From a virus, in the IMG/VR virus record IMGVR_UViG_3300028844_002497, positions 2,793 to 66,792 of that record: a stretch of 64,000 nucleotides of DNA. One strand, given 5' to 3'. This document shows, piece after piece, positions 1 through 8,880 of the stretch. The notes under the pieces are model-generated. The model was not told the DNA's origin and did not search any database. It was given only the letters and a program-made list of their open reading frames with translations. The position numbers and the translations under genes were made by a program. Numbering within the stretch: the first letter of the stretch is position 1; every line of letters starts with the position of its first letter.

Positions 1-3000
1 ACCACTATCTAACGAGGTTGCAACTGGTTGCTCGACATATTTGACTTTAGTTGCTCCCTCAACTGTATACGTTGGACCACCTGTAAGTGCCCATTGTGTA
101 CCGAACTGATAAATGAATGGCTCATCTAACTCATCTGGATGCCACGAAAAGTCAAAACCATCGATGTCGATGCCTTCGGGGATAGTCCATTTGCAAGGTT
201 GATTAGGTAGTTTGTGTGCAATGTTTCCTTCAACATATTTTATTTCTGTTGCTCCGTCAACTATATATCTAGGTCCACCTGTCTTTTGCCATTGAGTACC
301 AAATTGATAAATGTACGGTTGATCTTCAAGTGGAGATGGTCTCCAACCGAAGTCAAAACTTGTAGTGTCTAAGTCATCTGATATATCCCAACCGTCATCA
401 CTTTCTTCTAATGTTGCTATTACATCATGTACGTATTTGACTGTTTCTGCACCTACGACTCTATATTCAATCGTAGGCATTTCTTCTGCTGAATAATACT
501 TGTTACCAAACTGATAAACAAATGGCTCGTCTGTTTCATCGTGGTGCCAACTGTAATCAAAGTCTTTAATCTTATAGTTACCTAACGTTCCCCAATGTCT
601 ATTGTTAGGATCAGGTAATCGTTTTGATTTTATAATACGTGTATCAATATACTTGACAGCACTGCCTTCGTGTGCGCCAGGTGTAATGTACTTGTGTCCA
701 CCTGTCTTTTGCCATTGAGTACCAAACTGATAGATAAACGGCTCGTCTTCTGCATATGGATGCCAACTATAATCAAAATCATCTTCATCAATGAGTTTAG
801 TATTAACTTCCCAATTGTCTTTGCAGGGCAATGCTTTAGATACTTGATCTTCTACGTACTTAACTTCTTCTGCACCTTCAACTGTATAAACAGGTCCACC
901 ACTTAATGCCCACTGAGTTGGGAATCTGTAAATGTATGCTGGACTTGTTGCGTCCGGATGCCAACTAAAATCAAACTTATCATTATCAATATTTTCAGGT
1001 ATAGTCCAGTTATCTTTGTTAGGTAATGCTTTTGCTTTAAACTGTGTTTCATATTTTACTTCAGTTGCTCCTTCTACATGATATCTTGGACCACCAGTCT
1101 TTTGCCATTGCGTACCAAACTCATGTATCATTGCTGGTTCGTTTGGATTAGGCTTCCAACTAAAGTCAAACTCACTTACGTCTATGTCTTCTGGTATCTC
1201 CCAGTTTGTTTTATCATGTCCTAATGTTGCTATCAAGTCATTAACATAACTAACTTCGTCTGCTCCAATGACTCTATACTCTAACGTAGGCATTTGTTCA
1301 GCAGGATAATATTGATTACCAAACTGATAGATAAACGGATCTGATGTATCGTCTGGATGCCATGAGAAGTCAAACCCTTTGATACAATAATCATTCAATA
1401 CTTTAAAATTGTTTGTATTTGCTAAACGAGTTGCTTTTAAAATTCTTGTGTCTATATATTTGACAGCACTACCCTCATGCACGCCTGGAGTTATATACCT
1501 TGGACCACCTGTCTTTTGCCATTGAGTACCAAATTGATAAATGTACGGTTCATCTTCTGCATATGGGTGCCATGAAAAATCAAATGTAGATTCATCAATA
1601 ACGTTAGGATCAAACTCCCAGTTACACATTTGATGATATGCTGTTGCTTGTTGTGCATCAACATACTTAACTTCTTCTGCATCATCACAACGATAGATAG
1701 GTCCACCTGACATTGCCCACTGAGTTGGGAAGTGATAGATGTATGGCACAGGTTCTGTAGAATCAGGATGCCATGAGAAGTCAAATAAATCTTTGTTTAT
1801 GTTGTCAGGTATTTCCCACTTATCTTCTGTCGGCAATGCTATTGCATAAAATATATTTTCGTATTTTGTTTCAGTCGCATCAGGTACAGTATAGATAGGT
1901 CCACCTGTCTTTTGATGTTGAGTAGCAAACTCATGTATCATTGCTGGCTCGTTAGGATTAGGTTCCCAACTGAAGTCAAACGAATACTTTTGAATGTTAT
2001 CTGGTACAGTCCAATTAATTGGAGAAGGCATACGCACAGTTGTTTCTGGCATAAACTGATACTCAGTTGCTCCTTCTACTTTAAACTCTATACTCACTTT
2101 GTCTTCTACTTTGTTCCATTGATTGCCCCATGCATAGATGTAAGGTGGACTAGTTGGATTAGGTCTCCAACTAAAATCAAACATATGCATTTCAATATCT
2201 TCATTAAAATCAAATAACTCTGGTTTTGATTTTAATTTAGGAGCATATTCAGTAATATGTTTAACTGCTTTAGCACCTTTTACTTTATAGATAAGTGTAG
2301 GCATAATTGTGCCATCGTATAACTGATTACCAAACACATAATTAAATGGTTCTGTTTCGTTTGGATCAGGTCTCCACGTAAAGTCAAATGAATCTTTTTC
2401 TATTTCTTCTAAGACTTCCCAAGTAGACATATCTATTGCTAAATCAACAGGGGTATCAATATACTTAATTGTACCGTCATTGCCTGGTACATGATACTCC
2501 ATGATAGGTACTTGTTCTGCTGGTGCCCACTTACTTCCCCATACATAAATGAATGGCTCTGTGTCTAGTGGGTCTGGACGCCATGTAAAGTCTACTTTAC
2601 TTTCATCGATAGGTTCATTAAATTTCCACCTAGACATTTGTGGTTCAAGTTCGACAATAGTATCCATGTACTTAACATGTCCTACATTATCGGGTGTATG
2701 ATATTCTACGACACTTTTTTGTTCTGCTTCTGCAAATTTACTTCCCCATACATAAATGTAGGGAGGGTCATTTGGATCTGGATGCCATGAGAAGTCAAAT
2801 TTTGTTTCATCGATTGCATCGAATAATTTCCAACAGTCGTTTTTAATTGATTTGCGTTTGATAGGTGCAACGTCTGCACGATAGACTCTGATATCACTTT
2901 GTTCGTTTGCACATAACCATGTACCTGAATCTTTTTGATGTTGACTAGGCCATATGTTGTTGTGTTCTTCTGCCCAAACGTCTTCATCTGGTAAAAAATC

Positions 3001-3162
3001 AAAATCAAATTCCCAATCAAATCCTGTGTAATCACAAAACTCATTGATTATCCAAAAGTGATCAGTAGTGGCTTCTTTGCGAGCCTCATCTATATCGAAA
3101 ACTTGTCGTTCTCTAGGGTGAACATTTGGTTTTTCACCAAAGTAAAATACGTCTCTAAGCAT
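1..3162 (-). CDS. Large tandem-repeat protein, >=1054 aa, 3' end beyond the window; 14 units of ~65-70 aa (FDFSW[HRK]Pxx..P[YF]IYxFGxQWxxxGGP..VKY)
   Basis: Manual translation from ATG at 3162 (MLRDVFYFGEKPNVHPRE...) stays open to base 1. It is absent from the ORF track, probably because no stop is in the window. WxP cores lie near 2785, 2580, 2372, 2165, 1965, 1770, 1570, 1360, 1155, 960, 762, 545, 343 and 140. Confidence 0.9.
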   Translation of the reverse strand, partial: MLRDVFYFGEKPNVHPRERQVFDIDEARKEATTDHFWIINEFCDYTGFDWEFDFDFLPDEDVWAEEHNNIWPSQHQKDSGTWLCANEQSDIRVYRADVAPIKRKSIKNDCWKLFDAIDETKFDFSWHPDPNDPPYIYVWGSKFAEAEQKSVVEYHTPDNVGHVKYMDTIVELEPQMSRWKFNEPIDESKVDFTWRPDPLDTEPFIYVWGSKWAPAEQVPIMEYHVPGNDGTIKYIDTPVDLAIDMSTWEVLEEIEKDSFDFTWRPDPNETEPFNYVFGNQLYDGTIMPTLIYKVKGAKAVKHITEYAPKLKSKPELFDFNEDIEMHMFDFSWRPNPTSPPYIYAWGNQWNKVEDKVSIEFKVEGATEYQFMPETTVRMPSPINWTVPDNIQKYSFDFSWEPNPNEPAMIHEFATQHQKTGGPIYTVPDATETKYENIFYAIALPTEDKWEIPDNINKDLFDFSWHPDSTEPVPYIYHFPTQWAMSGGPIYRCDDAEEVKYVDAQQATAYHQMCNWEFDPNVIDESTFDFSWHPYAEDEPYIYQFGTQWQKTGGPRYITPGVHEGSAVKYIDTRILKATRLANTNNFKVLNDYCIKGFDFSWHPDDTSDPFIYQFGNQYYPAEQMPTLEYRVIGADEVSYVNDLIATLGHDKTNWEIPEDIDVSEFDFSWKPNPNEPAMIHEFGTQWQKTGGPRYHVEGATEVKYETQFKAKALPNKDNWTIPENIDNDKFDFSWHPDATSPAYIYRFPTQWALSGGPVYTVEGAEEVKYVEDQVSKALPCKDNWEVNTKLIDEDDFDYSWHPYAEDEPFIYQFGTQWQKTGGHKYITPGAHEGSAVKYIDTRIIKSKRLPDPNNRHWGTLGNYKIKDFDYSWHHDETDEPFVYQFGNKYYSAEEMPTIEYRVVGAETVKYVHDVIATLEESDDGWDISDDLDTTSFDFGWRPSPLEDQPYIYQFGTQWQKTGGPRYIVDGATEIKYVEGNIAHKLPNQPCKWTIPEGIDIDGFDFSWHPDELDEPFIYQFGTQWALTGGPTYTVEGATKVKYVEQPVATSLDSG
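275..1550. repeat. 46-bp exact direct repeat (275-320 and 1505-1550) within the coding repeat array; partial copy near 698-727
   Basis: ccacctgtcttttgccattgagtaccaaattgataaatgtacggtt is identical at both positions. Confidence 0.85.
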
Positions 3163-3171
3163 ATTATATAC

Positions 3172-4707
3172 TTATGAAATTACGCGGGTCTTGTAAAGTT
3201 TTTCAAATCGATCTGCGTCGGATCTATCATTAACCATAGGTTCGCCTCGTACATTTAGTGATGTGTTTAACAAGATAGGACATCCTGTTTCTTTGTACCA
3301 TGCTTCTAGCAATCTACGAATACCTGTACCGTCATCTGGAACTGTTTGTACTCTACTTGTGCCGTCTTTATGTACGATAGCAGGAAACTTCTTAGGATGC
3401 TTACATGGAGCAGTAACTTGCATGTAAGGCGAGTTGTTCCAATTCTTAGGCATGTCAAAGTATTCGTCTACTAGTTCTTCTAGTATCATAGGAGCAAACG
3501 GTCTAAACTGTTGTCTCTTTTTAATCTTGTTTACTTCTGATTTAATCTTTGATCCTCTTGGGTCTGCTAGTAATGATCTAGTTCCCAATGCTCTAGGACC
3601 GAACTCAGCACGACCAGAGGCTATCCCTACGATCTTATCTGTCTTTAATGCTTTAATAGTCTCTGTTACTGGATACACGCCTACAATATCTGTACCTAAG
3701 AATGCATTTTTCCAATTTAATTTGCGACCGTAGCCTAATGCCGCGGCCCCTAATGAGTTACCAGCATCACCTGGGTTAGGCATGATCCAAATGTTCTTAA
3801 AGTAATCACCTAAGAATCTATTTGCTGAACAGTTAAGTGCAACTCCACCACCATAGACTAAGTTATCACTATCGTTTAATTGGCTTGCTTTGCTCATTAC
3901 TATCTTAATAAGTTGTTCTACATATGCTTGTGCTGATGCGGCTATGTCGAACTCGTCTGCACCTTCTAAGAATGAATCATCGATACCAATGTGAGTATTT
4001 TCTTTAAAGAGTAATGAATTTGTATGTGCGCCAAACTTTTCTTCTAAGTCTTTAACATACTTAGGCTCTCCGTAAGCGGCCATACCCATTAAGATGTATT
4101 CTTCGTCTAGTGGACGCAGTCCTAATCTTGCTGTCATTGCACTATAGTATAATCCAATAGAGTTAGGATACTTAAGTGTCCAAAGTTTCTTATACTTTGC
4201 AACACCTCTTTTGTTATAGTGTGCTTTCCATATAGTTGCACAATCAGATTCGCCGATCGCATCAATAACAACTACGGTTGCTTCATCAAATGTTGATGTT
4301 TGAAAACTGGCTGCCGCATGACACTTATGATGCGGGTGTGTAGTGATAATGTTTGGGACGTGTCCATCTGTAAATGCCCAAGACCAGAATCTAGTAACTA
4401 CGTCAGTTAATGTTTCGTATATGTCTTTACCTAAGATTGTAGAAAAACTGAAAGGCCCTAACTTTTGGCCTGCTCTGAATTGTCTCCAGGCTTTTACCCA
4501 AGGACGTTCATAATAATGAAATGTCACCATTTCATTTCTATCTACATGCGATAATGCTTCATCAATGATTTCCGGACACAAATCTTTGTCATGTTTTTGT
4601 TTACTGTATCGTTCACTATGTCCAGCAAAAAGTATTTCACCCTCACTATCAATTACAGATACGCCGGCGTCATGGAATCCACAACTTATACCTATATACT
4701 TTCTCAT
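3172..4707 (-). CDS. O-carbamoyltransferase (NodU/CmcH/TobZ family)
   Basis: Motifs GFHDAG, HHxxHAA, VIDAIGE, GGVALNC, PGDAG, EFGPRALGxRS, FRPFAP, HxDGTSRVQTV, LLNTSLN. Confidence 0.95.
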   Translation of the reverse strand: MRKYIGISCGFHDAGVSVIDSEGEILFAGHSERYSKQKHDKDLCPEIIDEALSHVDRNEMVTFHYYERPWVKAWRQFRAGQKLGPFSFSTILGKDIYETLTDVVTRFWSWAFTDGHVPNIITTHPHHKCHAAASFQTSTFDEATVVVIDAIGESDCATIWKAHYNKRGVAKYKKLWTLKYPNSIGLYYSAMTARLGLRPLDEEYILMGMAAYGEPKYVKDLEEKFGAHTNSLLFKENTHIGIDDSFLEGADEFDIAASAQAYVEQLIKIVMSKASQLNDSDNLVYGGGVALNCSANRFLGDYFKNIWIMPNPGDAGNSLGAAALGYGRKLNWKNAFLGTDIVGVYPVTETIKALKTDKIVGIASGRAEFGPRALGTRSLLADPRGSKIKSEVNKIKKRQQFRPFAPMILEELVDEYFDMPKNWNNSPYMQVTAPCKHPKKFPAIVHKDGTSRVQTVPDDGTGIRRLLEAWYKETGCPILLNTSLNVRGEPMVNDRSDADRFEKLYKTRVIS

Positions 4708-4853
4708 TTGTAAATGAACGGATCTCTTTTCTTAAGTTCTGCTAAACGTTTCTTATATTCTTTTTCACGTTTGTATTTGATGTAAGGAGTCTTTAAGAAG
4801 TCTGCAATCTTACGTAAGAGATGTTTAATCTTATCGATTATCTTTTTAAACAT
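4704..4853 (-). CDS. Small basic 49-aa protein ending ...KKRDPFIYK
   Basis: Manual translation MFKKIIDKIKHLLRKIADFLKTPYIKYKREKEYKKRLAELKKRDPFIYK. It fills the gap exactly, has an ATGA overlap with the carbamoyltransferase start, and GAGG lies upstream. Confidence 0.8.
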   Translation of the reverse strand: MFKKIIDKIKHLLRKIADFLKTPYIKYKREKEYKKRLAELKKRDPFIYK

Positions 4854-5596
4854 TTATATTCCTCATTAAAGTTAATCAATTCATCAGCAAATAATTTATG
4901 CGGTTCTTCGCCGTGATGCCAATACTTTGCTTTTTCGTTGACATATCCCAGACGTTGATATTTTTGATAAAATGCTTCGTCTTTATTGTTTAACTGATAG
5001 TATTTATTGTCATCTACCAAGGGCAGAAGATTTTTGATAGCATTGATATCATCTAAAAAGAATGGCATTGCATTTAACATCATGTAAGGAACTTTATTTG
5101 CTTGTAATAGATATTGTATTTGTAAGATCAATTGATATGTTTGATATTCTAAGTAAGGTTGATGATTGGTCATAAATTTATGCAAGTCTGGAGTATATCT
5201 TTGTTCTTCCTCATCTCCACCGTGCCAGCCTATGATAACTTTATAAAAGTAATCACTGCCCTTTTCATACCATGCTGTAGAATGTGATGCACTTTCGTAG
5301 TTGCGTTCTGCTTCACTAGGCACTTCTAATCTAGTAGGCTCTGTCCAAGATACAAGTACATTGACATTCATAGTATCTGGGTTATAACAATTATGAAACC
5401 ATTGCATAACTTGTCTGCTTATGCCTGTATTACATGCACCCACTTGTGCAATATTAATTGGCTTGCGTTTTAAATGTTTAGCAACTAATGCACCATAGGA
5501 ATTGTCTCTGTTATATTTTGAATCTTCTTCTCCGTCGATCTCAGATCCTGCGGCGTGTGAGCATCCAGCAATTAGTAATATCTTTTCTTTTTTCAT
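4838..5596 (-). CDS. SGNH/GDSL-like hydrolase or acyltransferase-like protein (paralog 1)
   Basis: N-terminal GCSH block, GACN block, C-terminal WHHGEEPH block. Confidence 0.7.
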   Translation of the reverse strand: MKKEKILLIAGCSHAAGSEIDGEEDSKYNRDNSYGALVAKHLKRKPINIAQVGACNTGISRQVMQWFHNCYNPDTMNVNVLVSWTEPTRLEVPSEAERNYESASHSTAWYEKGSDYFYKVIIGWHGGDEEEQRYTPDLHKFMTNHQPYLEYQTYQLILQIQYLLQANKVPYMMLNAMPFFLDDINAIKNLLPLVDDNKYYQLNNKDEAFYQKYQRLGYVNEKAKYWHHGEEPHKLFADELINFNEEYKCLKR

Positions 5597-5597
5597 T

Positions 5598-6482
5598 CTA
5601 TGTTCCTTTTAATATATTTACTATTTCATCATATTCTATTTTTACAACGCCATTATATTTATTTTTAAACTTTAACATGTCGTTCCGTACATTTAATGAC
5701 TCAAACAATTCTGTTCTTTGAAATCTTTCCCATCCTGTATACTTAGGTCTTTTTATTTGTTCCCAGTGTTGTTGATTATATATTACATGTTTTGCCGGTA
5801 CAGAATCTTTATCTTGTGTTTTATTTGAAACTAATTTTTGTACATAAGGTTCTTCTAAAAACGCAAGTACTTGTTCTGCGGTATATGATCCAAAGTCACT
5901 TGTACCTTTAATACCTTGTAAGTCAAACCATGTTGCGTAAGTATTAATACGTTCATATTCTGTCCAGTACCACGTGTCATTTATCTTTTCTACATAAGGT
6001 TCGTTAGACATCACAACTGTTCCGTCAATCATACTGGCACCTAACATTGTGCTAGTCATTCTAAATTCACAACATTTTGATTCTTCACATACTTCTATCA
6101 TTCTACCACTAACAACAAAATCTTCTAAATCTAGGTCAACAATTACAGGTTCAATGTTATGTTTCTTACACCATTCAAATGCATATTTTGTATCATGTCC
6201 GTTCCATTTAAAATCTTTACCATAACTTAATATTGCTGTAGTAAAAGGAACACCTGCATCTAAGAAACAATTTACTGCATATTCTCCATCAGATCCGCCA
6301 CCATATAAACAAGTAATCGGTGAGTCAGCAGTTTCATAAATGATTTGTGCGGCTTTCACACTTTCATCATAATAAGATCCTGCTTTATAATCAGTACAAG
6401 GCTTTACTATACTTTTGTATGTGTCCCCATGTCCTGTAAATGACAGCCATTCTCCATAAGATACTTTTGCTCTCGGTTGCAT
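5598..6482 (-). CDS. Hypothetical protein, possible adenine-nucleotide alpha-hydrolase (PP-loop-like) fold
   Basis: CLYGGGSDGE resembles SGGxDS; followed by D..YA..WC..HNIxxxxVD as in N-type ATP pyrophosphatases. Confidence 0.45.
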   Translation of the reverse strand: MQPRAKVSYGEWLSFTGHGDTYKSIVKPCTDYKAGSYYDESVKAAQIIYETADSPITCLYGGGSDGEYAVNCFLDAGVPFTTAILSYGKDFKWNGHDTKYAFEWCKKHNIEPVIVDLDLEDFVVSGRMIEVCEESKCCEFRMTSTMLGASMIDGTVVMSNEPYVEKINDTWYWTEYERINTYATWFDLQGIKGTSDFGSYTAEQVLAFLEEPYVQKLVSNKTQDKDSVPAKHVIYNQQHWEQIKRPKYTGWERFQRTELFESLNVRNDMLKFKNKYNGVVKIEYDEIVNILKGT

Positions 6483-8264
6483 TTAGTTATGAAACTCCGT
6501 GTCATCAAAATTAGGGCTCCATGTTAGTTTCATATATGTTTCTCTATTGTGTTCTAATATAGGCATCATCTTTTCATACATATCATGTAGTTCTGTTATA
6601 GGTTTGTCTAAAATTGATTTAATCAACTCTAGTATTTTTCTTAAACGTTCTCCGTGATCTTCTATTTCATCATAACTCTCGTCCCAAAACATATCAAACG
6701 TTTGATAGCCAGACTCTTTAAGATATTTTAAACAATGGGGCGGTGCCAATAATATAAACGGTTTCATATATTGCATTGGTTGCAATACTTTTTCACTATA
6801 GTTTGCACATGATTGTGCGAATCTAGTTTCTGTTACAATATCTACAAATACATCTCTATAGAAGTTTCCTAGCATAGTTTCTTTTGTATTATATAACGAT
6901 GGTGTTTGTCCGTCTTTGTATTCTGCTACATTAGGCCAAATTGCATCTTGTGAATCAATACCTACGTCACTTGGTTTGTCTACGATATAAGGTGCATTTG
7001 CTTGACACTTTGCATTGTTAGTAACTAACTGTTCATAAACTTCAGGTGATGTTGTGATCCATTGGTCGATTTCAAAATATAAATTGTCTTTTACGACATC
7101 AAGTGAGTCACTAAAATACCAACTTAAGTATCCATTTTCTCCTGCTAAAAAATTTGCAAGAATCTGACGATGTTTTGTAAATCTCCAGTTTAATGAAATA
7201 AAATGTTTATTAAACTTGTGCTTATGAAAATCTTGTTTTATTAACTGGTTAAGTCCTACAATAGGACGTTGTGACATAACATACAAGTCTTTACATTCTA
7301 AATTTAATGTGTTAGCATAGTGAGGATATGATTCTTTGATTCCATACTCGCCAGTATTTACTGTAATCATCCATGGCATAATGCCATTGCGATGTTGATA
7401 ACGTTGGATAGCATCTAATTCTTTAGAACGCATTCGGTTTTTGTCTTCAGGATGAGAAAACTCACTATAGAATCCTTGCGTAAATTCTTCTCCATCATAG
7501 TATGAACACATAGGCTCAAACAACCAAAATGTCAATCCATATTGATTGATCATATCTCTGCCCCAATCGTCATGTTCTATAGTATCTAGTTCTTTAATAT
7601 AACCATTATGCATATACACATAATCAAATTGTTGTTGATCTCTGACTGGATTAACTTGAGGTATAATTGATGTCTGTATAAATGGATGTGTCGTTTCAGG
7701 TTTGTCGTTTTGATTAGGTACAATAACAGGAAACAAATGTTCTAGTTGACCTACATAAGATTCTTTACCTACTAACTGAACAAAATACATTTTCTTTTTG
7801 CCTACATTTGCAAATGATACTTTTCTATCTGCCCAAAACTTAAACCAATCTCCCTTTTTCCAATTAGTATGAGGTGTGCCATCAATTTCTAATAAATGAC
7901 CCGGTTGCCAATCTTCTAACATTAGCAAACCAATTATTACATCATCAGGATCTGCTTTGTTTTCTATGCAATAATCTGTAGTTGTAGGTACATGCGGAGG
8001 AATAACATCATATTGACTCAAACGAACAAATTTAAGACCTTGATCATGCAAACCAAACACTCTTTCTATTTCTCTTGCCCACTGCGGAATTATCGGATCA
8101 TCATATTCTTCTACTGTAAAGTTAATTGCTGTGTTCGTTAAGTAACCTTCTTTATGATAAAGTGATACTCTTTCCGTTGATAATGTAGGGCGAGTATAAG
8201 GCAACAACTTGTGTTCTTTTTGCCACGTTACTCCAAAGTGACCTCTTTCAGTTTCAGTACTAAT
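6483..8264 (-). CDS. Fusion of an N-terminal cupin/2OG-oxygenase-like domain and a C-terminal glycosyltransferase-like domain; start probably ATT at 8264 (ORF track gives 8369)
   Basis: The N-domain aligns by eye to 12263..12853. The C-domain carries VDIVTET..SEKxxxP...KPF...GYxTF..FWDESYD, shared with 17382 and 19625. Confidence 0.7.
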   Translation of the reverse strand: MSTETERGHFGVTWQKEHKLLPYTRPTLSTERVSLYHKEGYLTNTAINFTVEEYDDPIIPQWAREIERVFGLHDQGLKFVRLSQYDVIPPHVPTTTDYCIENKADPDDVIIGLLMLEDWQPGHLLEIDGTPHTNWKKGDWFKFWADRKVSFANVGKKKMYFVQLVGKESYVGQLEHLFPVIVPNQNDKPETTHPFIQTSIIPQVNPVRDQQQFDYVYMHNGYIKELDTIEHDDWGRDMINQYGLTFWLFEPMCSYYDGEEFTQGFYSEFSHPEDKNRMRSKELDAIQRYQHRNGIMPWMITVNTGEYGIKESYPHYANTLNLECKDLYVMSQRPIVGLNQLIKQDFHKHKFNKHFISLNWRFTKHRQILANFLAGENGYLSWYFSDSLDVVKDNLYFEIDQWITTSPEVYEQLVTNNAKCQANAPYIVDKPSDVGIDSQDAIWPNVAEYKDGQTPSLYNTKETMLGNFYRDVFVDIVTETRFAQSCANYSEKVLQPMQYMKPFILLAPPHCLKYLKESGYQTFDMFWDESYDEIEDHGERLRKILELIKSILDKPITELHDMYEKMMPILEHNRETYMKLTWSPNFDDTEFHN

Positions 8265-8880
8265 GTTGTACTCCTTTACTAAAAATTTCGTATGTTGATA
8301 AGTTTGGATAGTCTTTGTATGTCCATTTCTTAGGCGCTCTATAGATTGCTTCAGAAAATTTATCAACACCTAACTGTGCAGTTTCATATGTCATTTGATA
8401 ATGATAACCAAATAATTGTATTTGTTGATCTGCCCAAGGAGACTCTAACTCTGGACGACCATCGTATCTAATCTGTCTTAGTATATCAGCATCTTCAGCA
8501 TTGTCAAGTAATATAATTCCACCTTTGCCCAAACTTAAATGTTTTTTAAGTTGAAAACTAATACACATCATAGTTGAAGGAATATATGAATTCTTTTCCC
8601 ATAAGACTGCGGCATCATAGATGTTAGTGTTACCTATAATATATTTGTCTGCCCAGTGTTCATCAGTAAAGTTCCACTCTAAATTTAGTTTTTCAAATGT
8701 CATAGGTACTGACAAGTATGTCCACTTAGGACATGTGTATTGATAATCAAACTTAGTATCACCTTCATTTAGCAATCGCAAACACAATTCAATACCATGT
8801 GTACAACAATCAACTGCTACGGCATAAGGTGATCCGAAGAAGTCTGATACTTTTTGTTCTAATTCTAATATTGGATTCAT
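8260..8880 (-). CDS. Short DegT/DnrJ/EryC1/StrS-family PLP aminotransferase
   Basis: AVAVDCCTHGIELCL, YDAA, SFQxxKHL..GKGG (PLP lysine), GYHYQM. Confidence 0.85.
   Translation of the reverse strand: MNPILELEQKVSDFFGSPYAVAVDCCTHGIELCLRLLNEGDTKFDYQYTCPKWTYLSVPMTFEKLNLEWNFTDEHWADKYIIGNTNIYDAAVLWEKNSYIPSTMMCISFQLKKHLSLGKGGIILLDNAEDADILRQIRYDGRPELESPWADQQIQLFGYHYQMTYETAQLGVDKFSEAIYRAPKKWTYKDYPNLSTYEIFSKGVQH

Noticed and set aside
670-3044. Short ORFs 670..906, 1491..1784, 1912..2217 and 2706..3044
   Set aside because: Shadow or off-frame ORFs over the real repeat gene 1..3162
1-3162. Repeats as a CRISPR array or a DGR template/variable pair
   Set aside because: The units are in-frame coding repeats of ~200 bp with no constant repeat-spacer structure. 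I saw no adenine-specific mismatch pattern and no cas or reverse transcriptase gene.
8265-8369. Long N-terminal overlaps from the ORF track (also 11202-11240, 11269-11313, 24015-24059, 57030-57047)
   Set aside because: Downstream starts fit RBS position or translational coupling better
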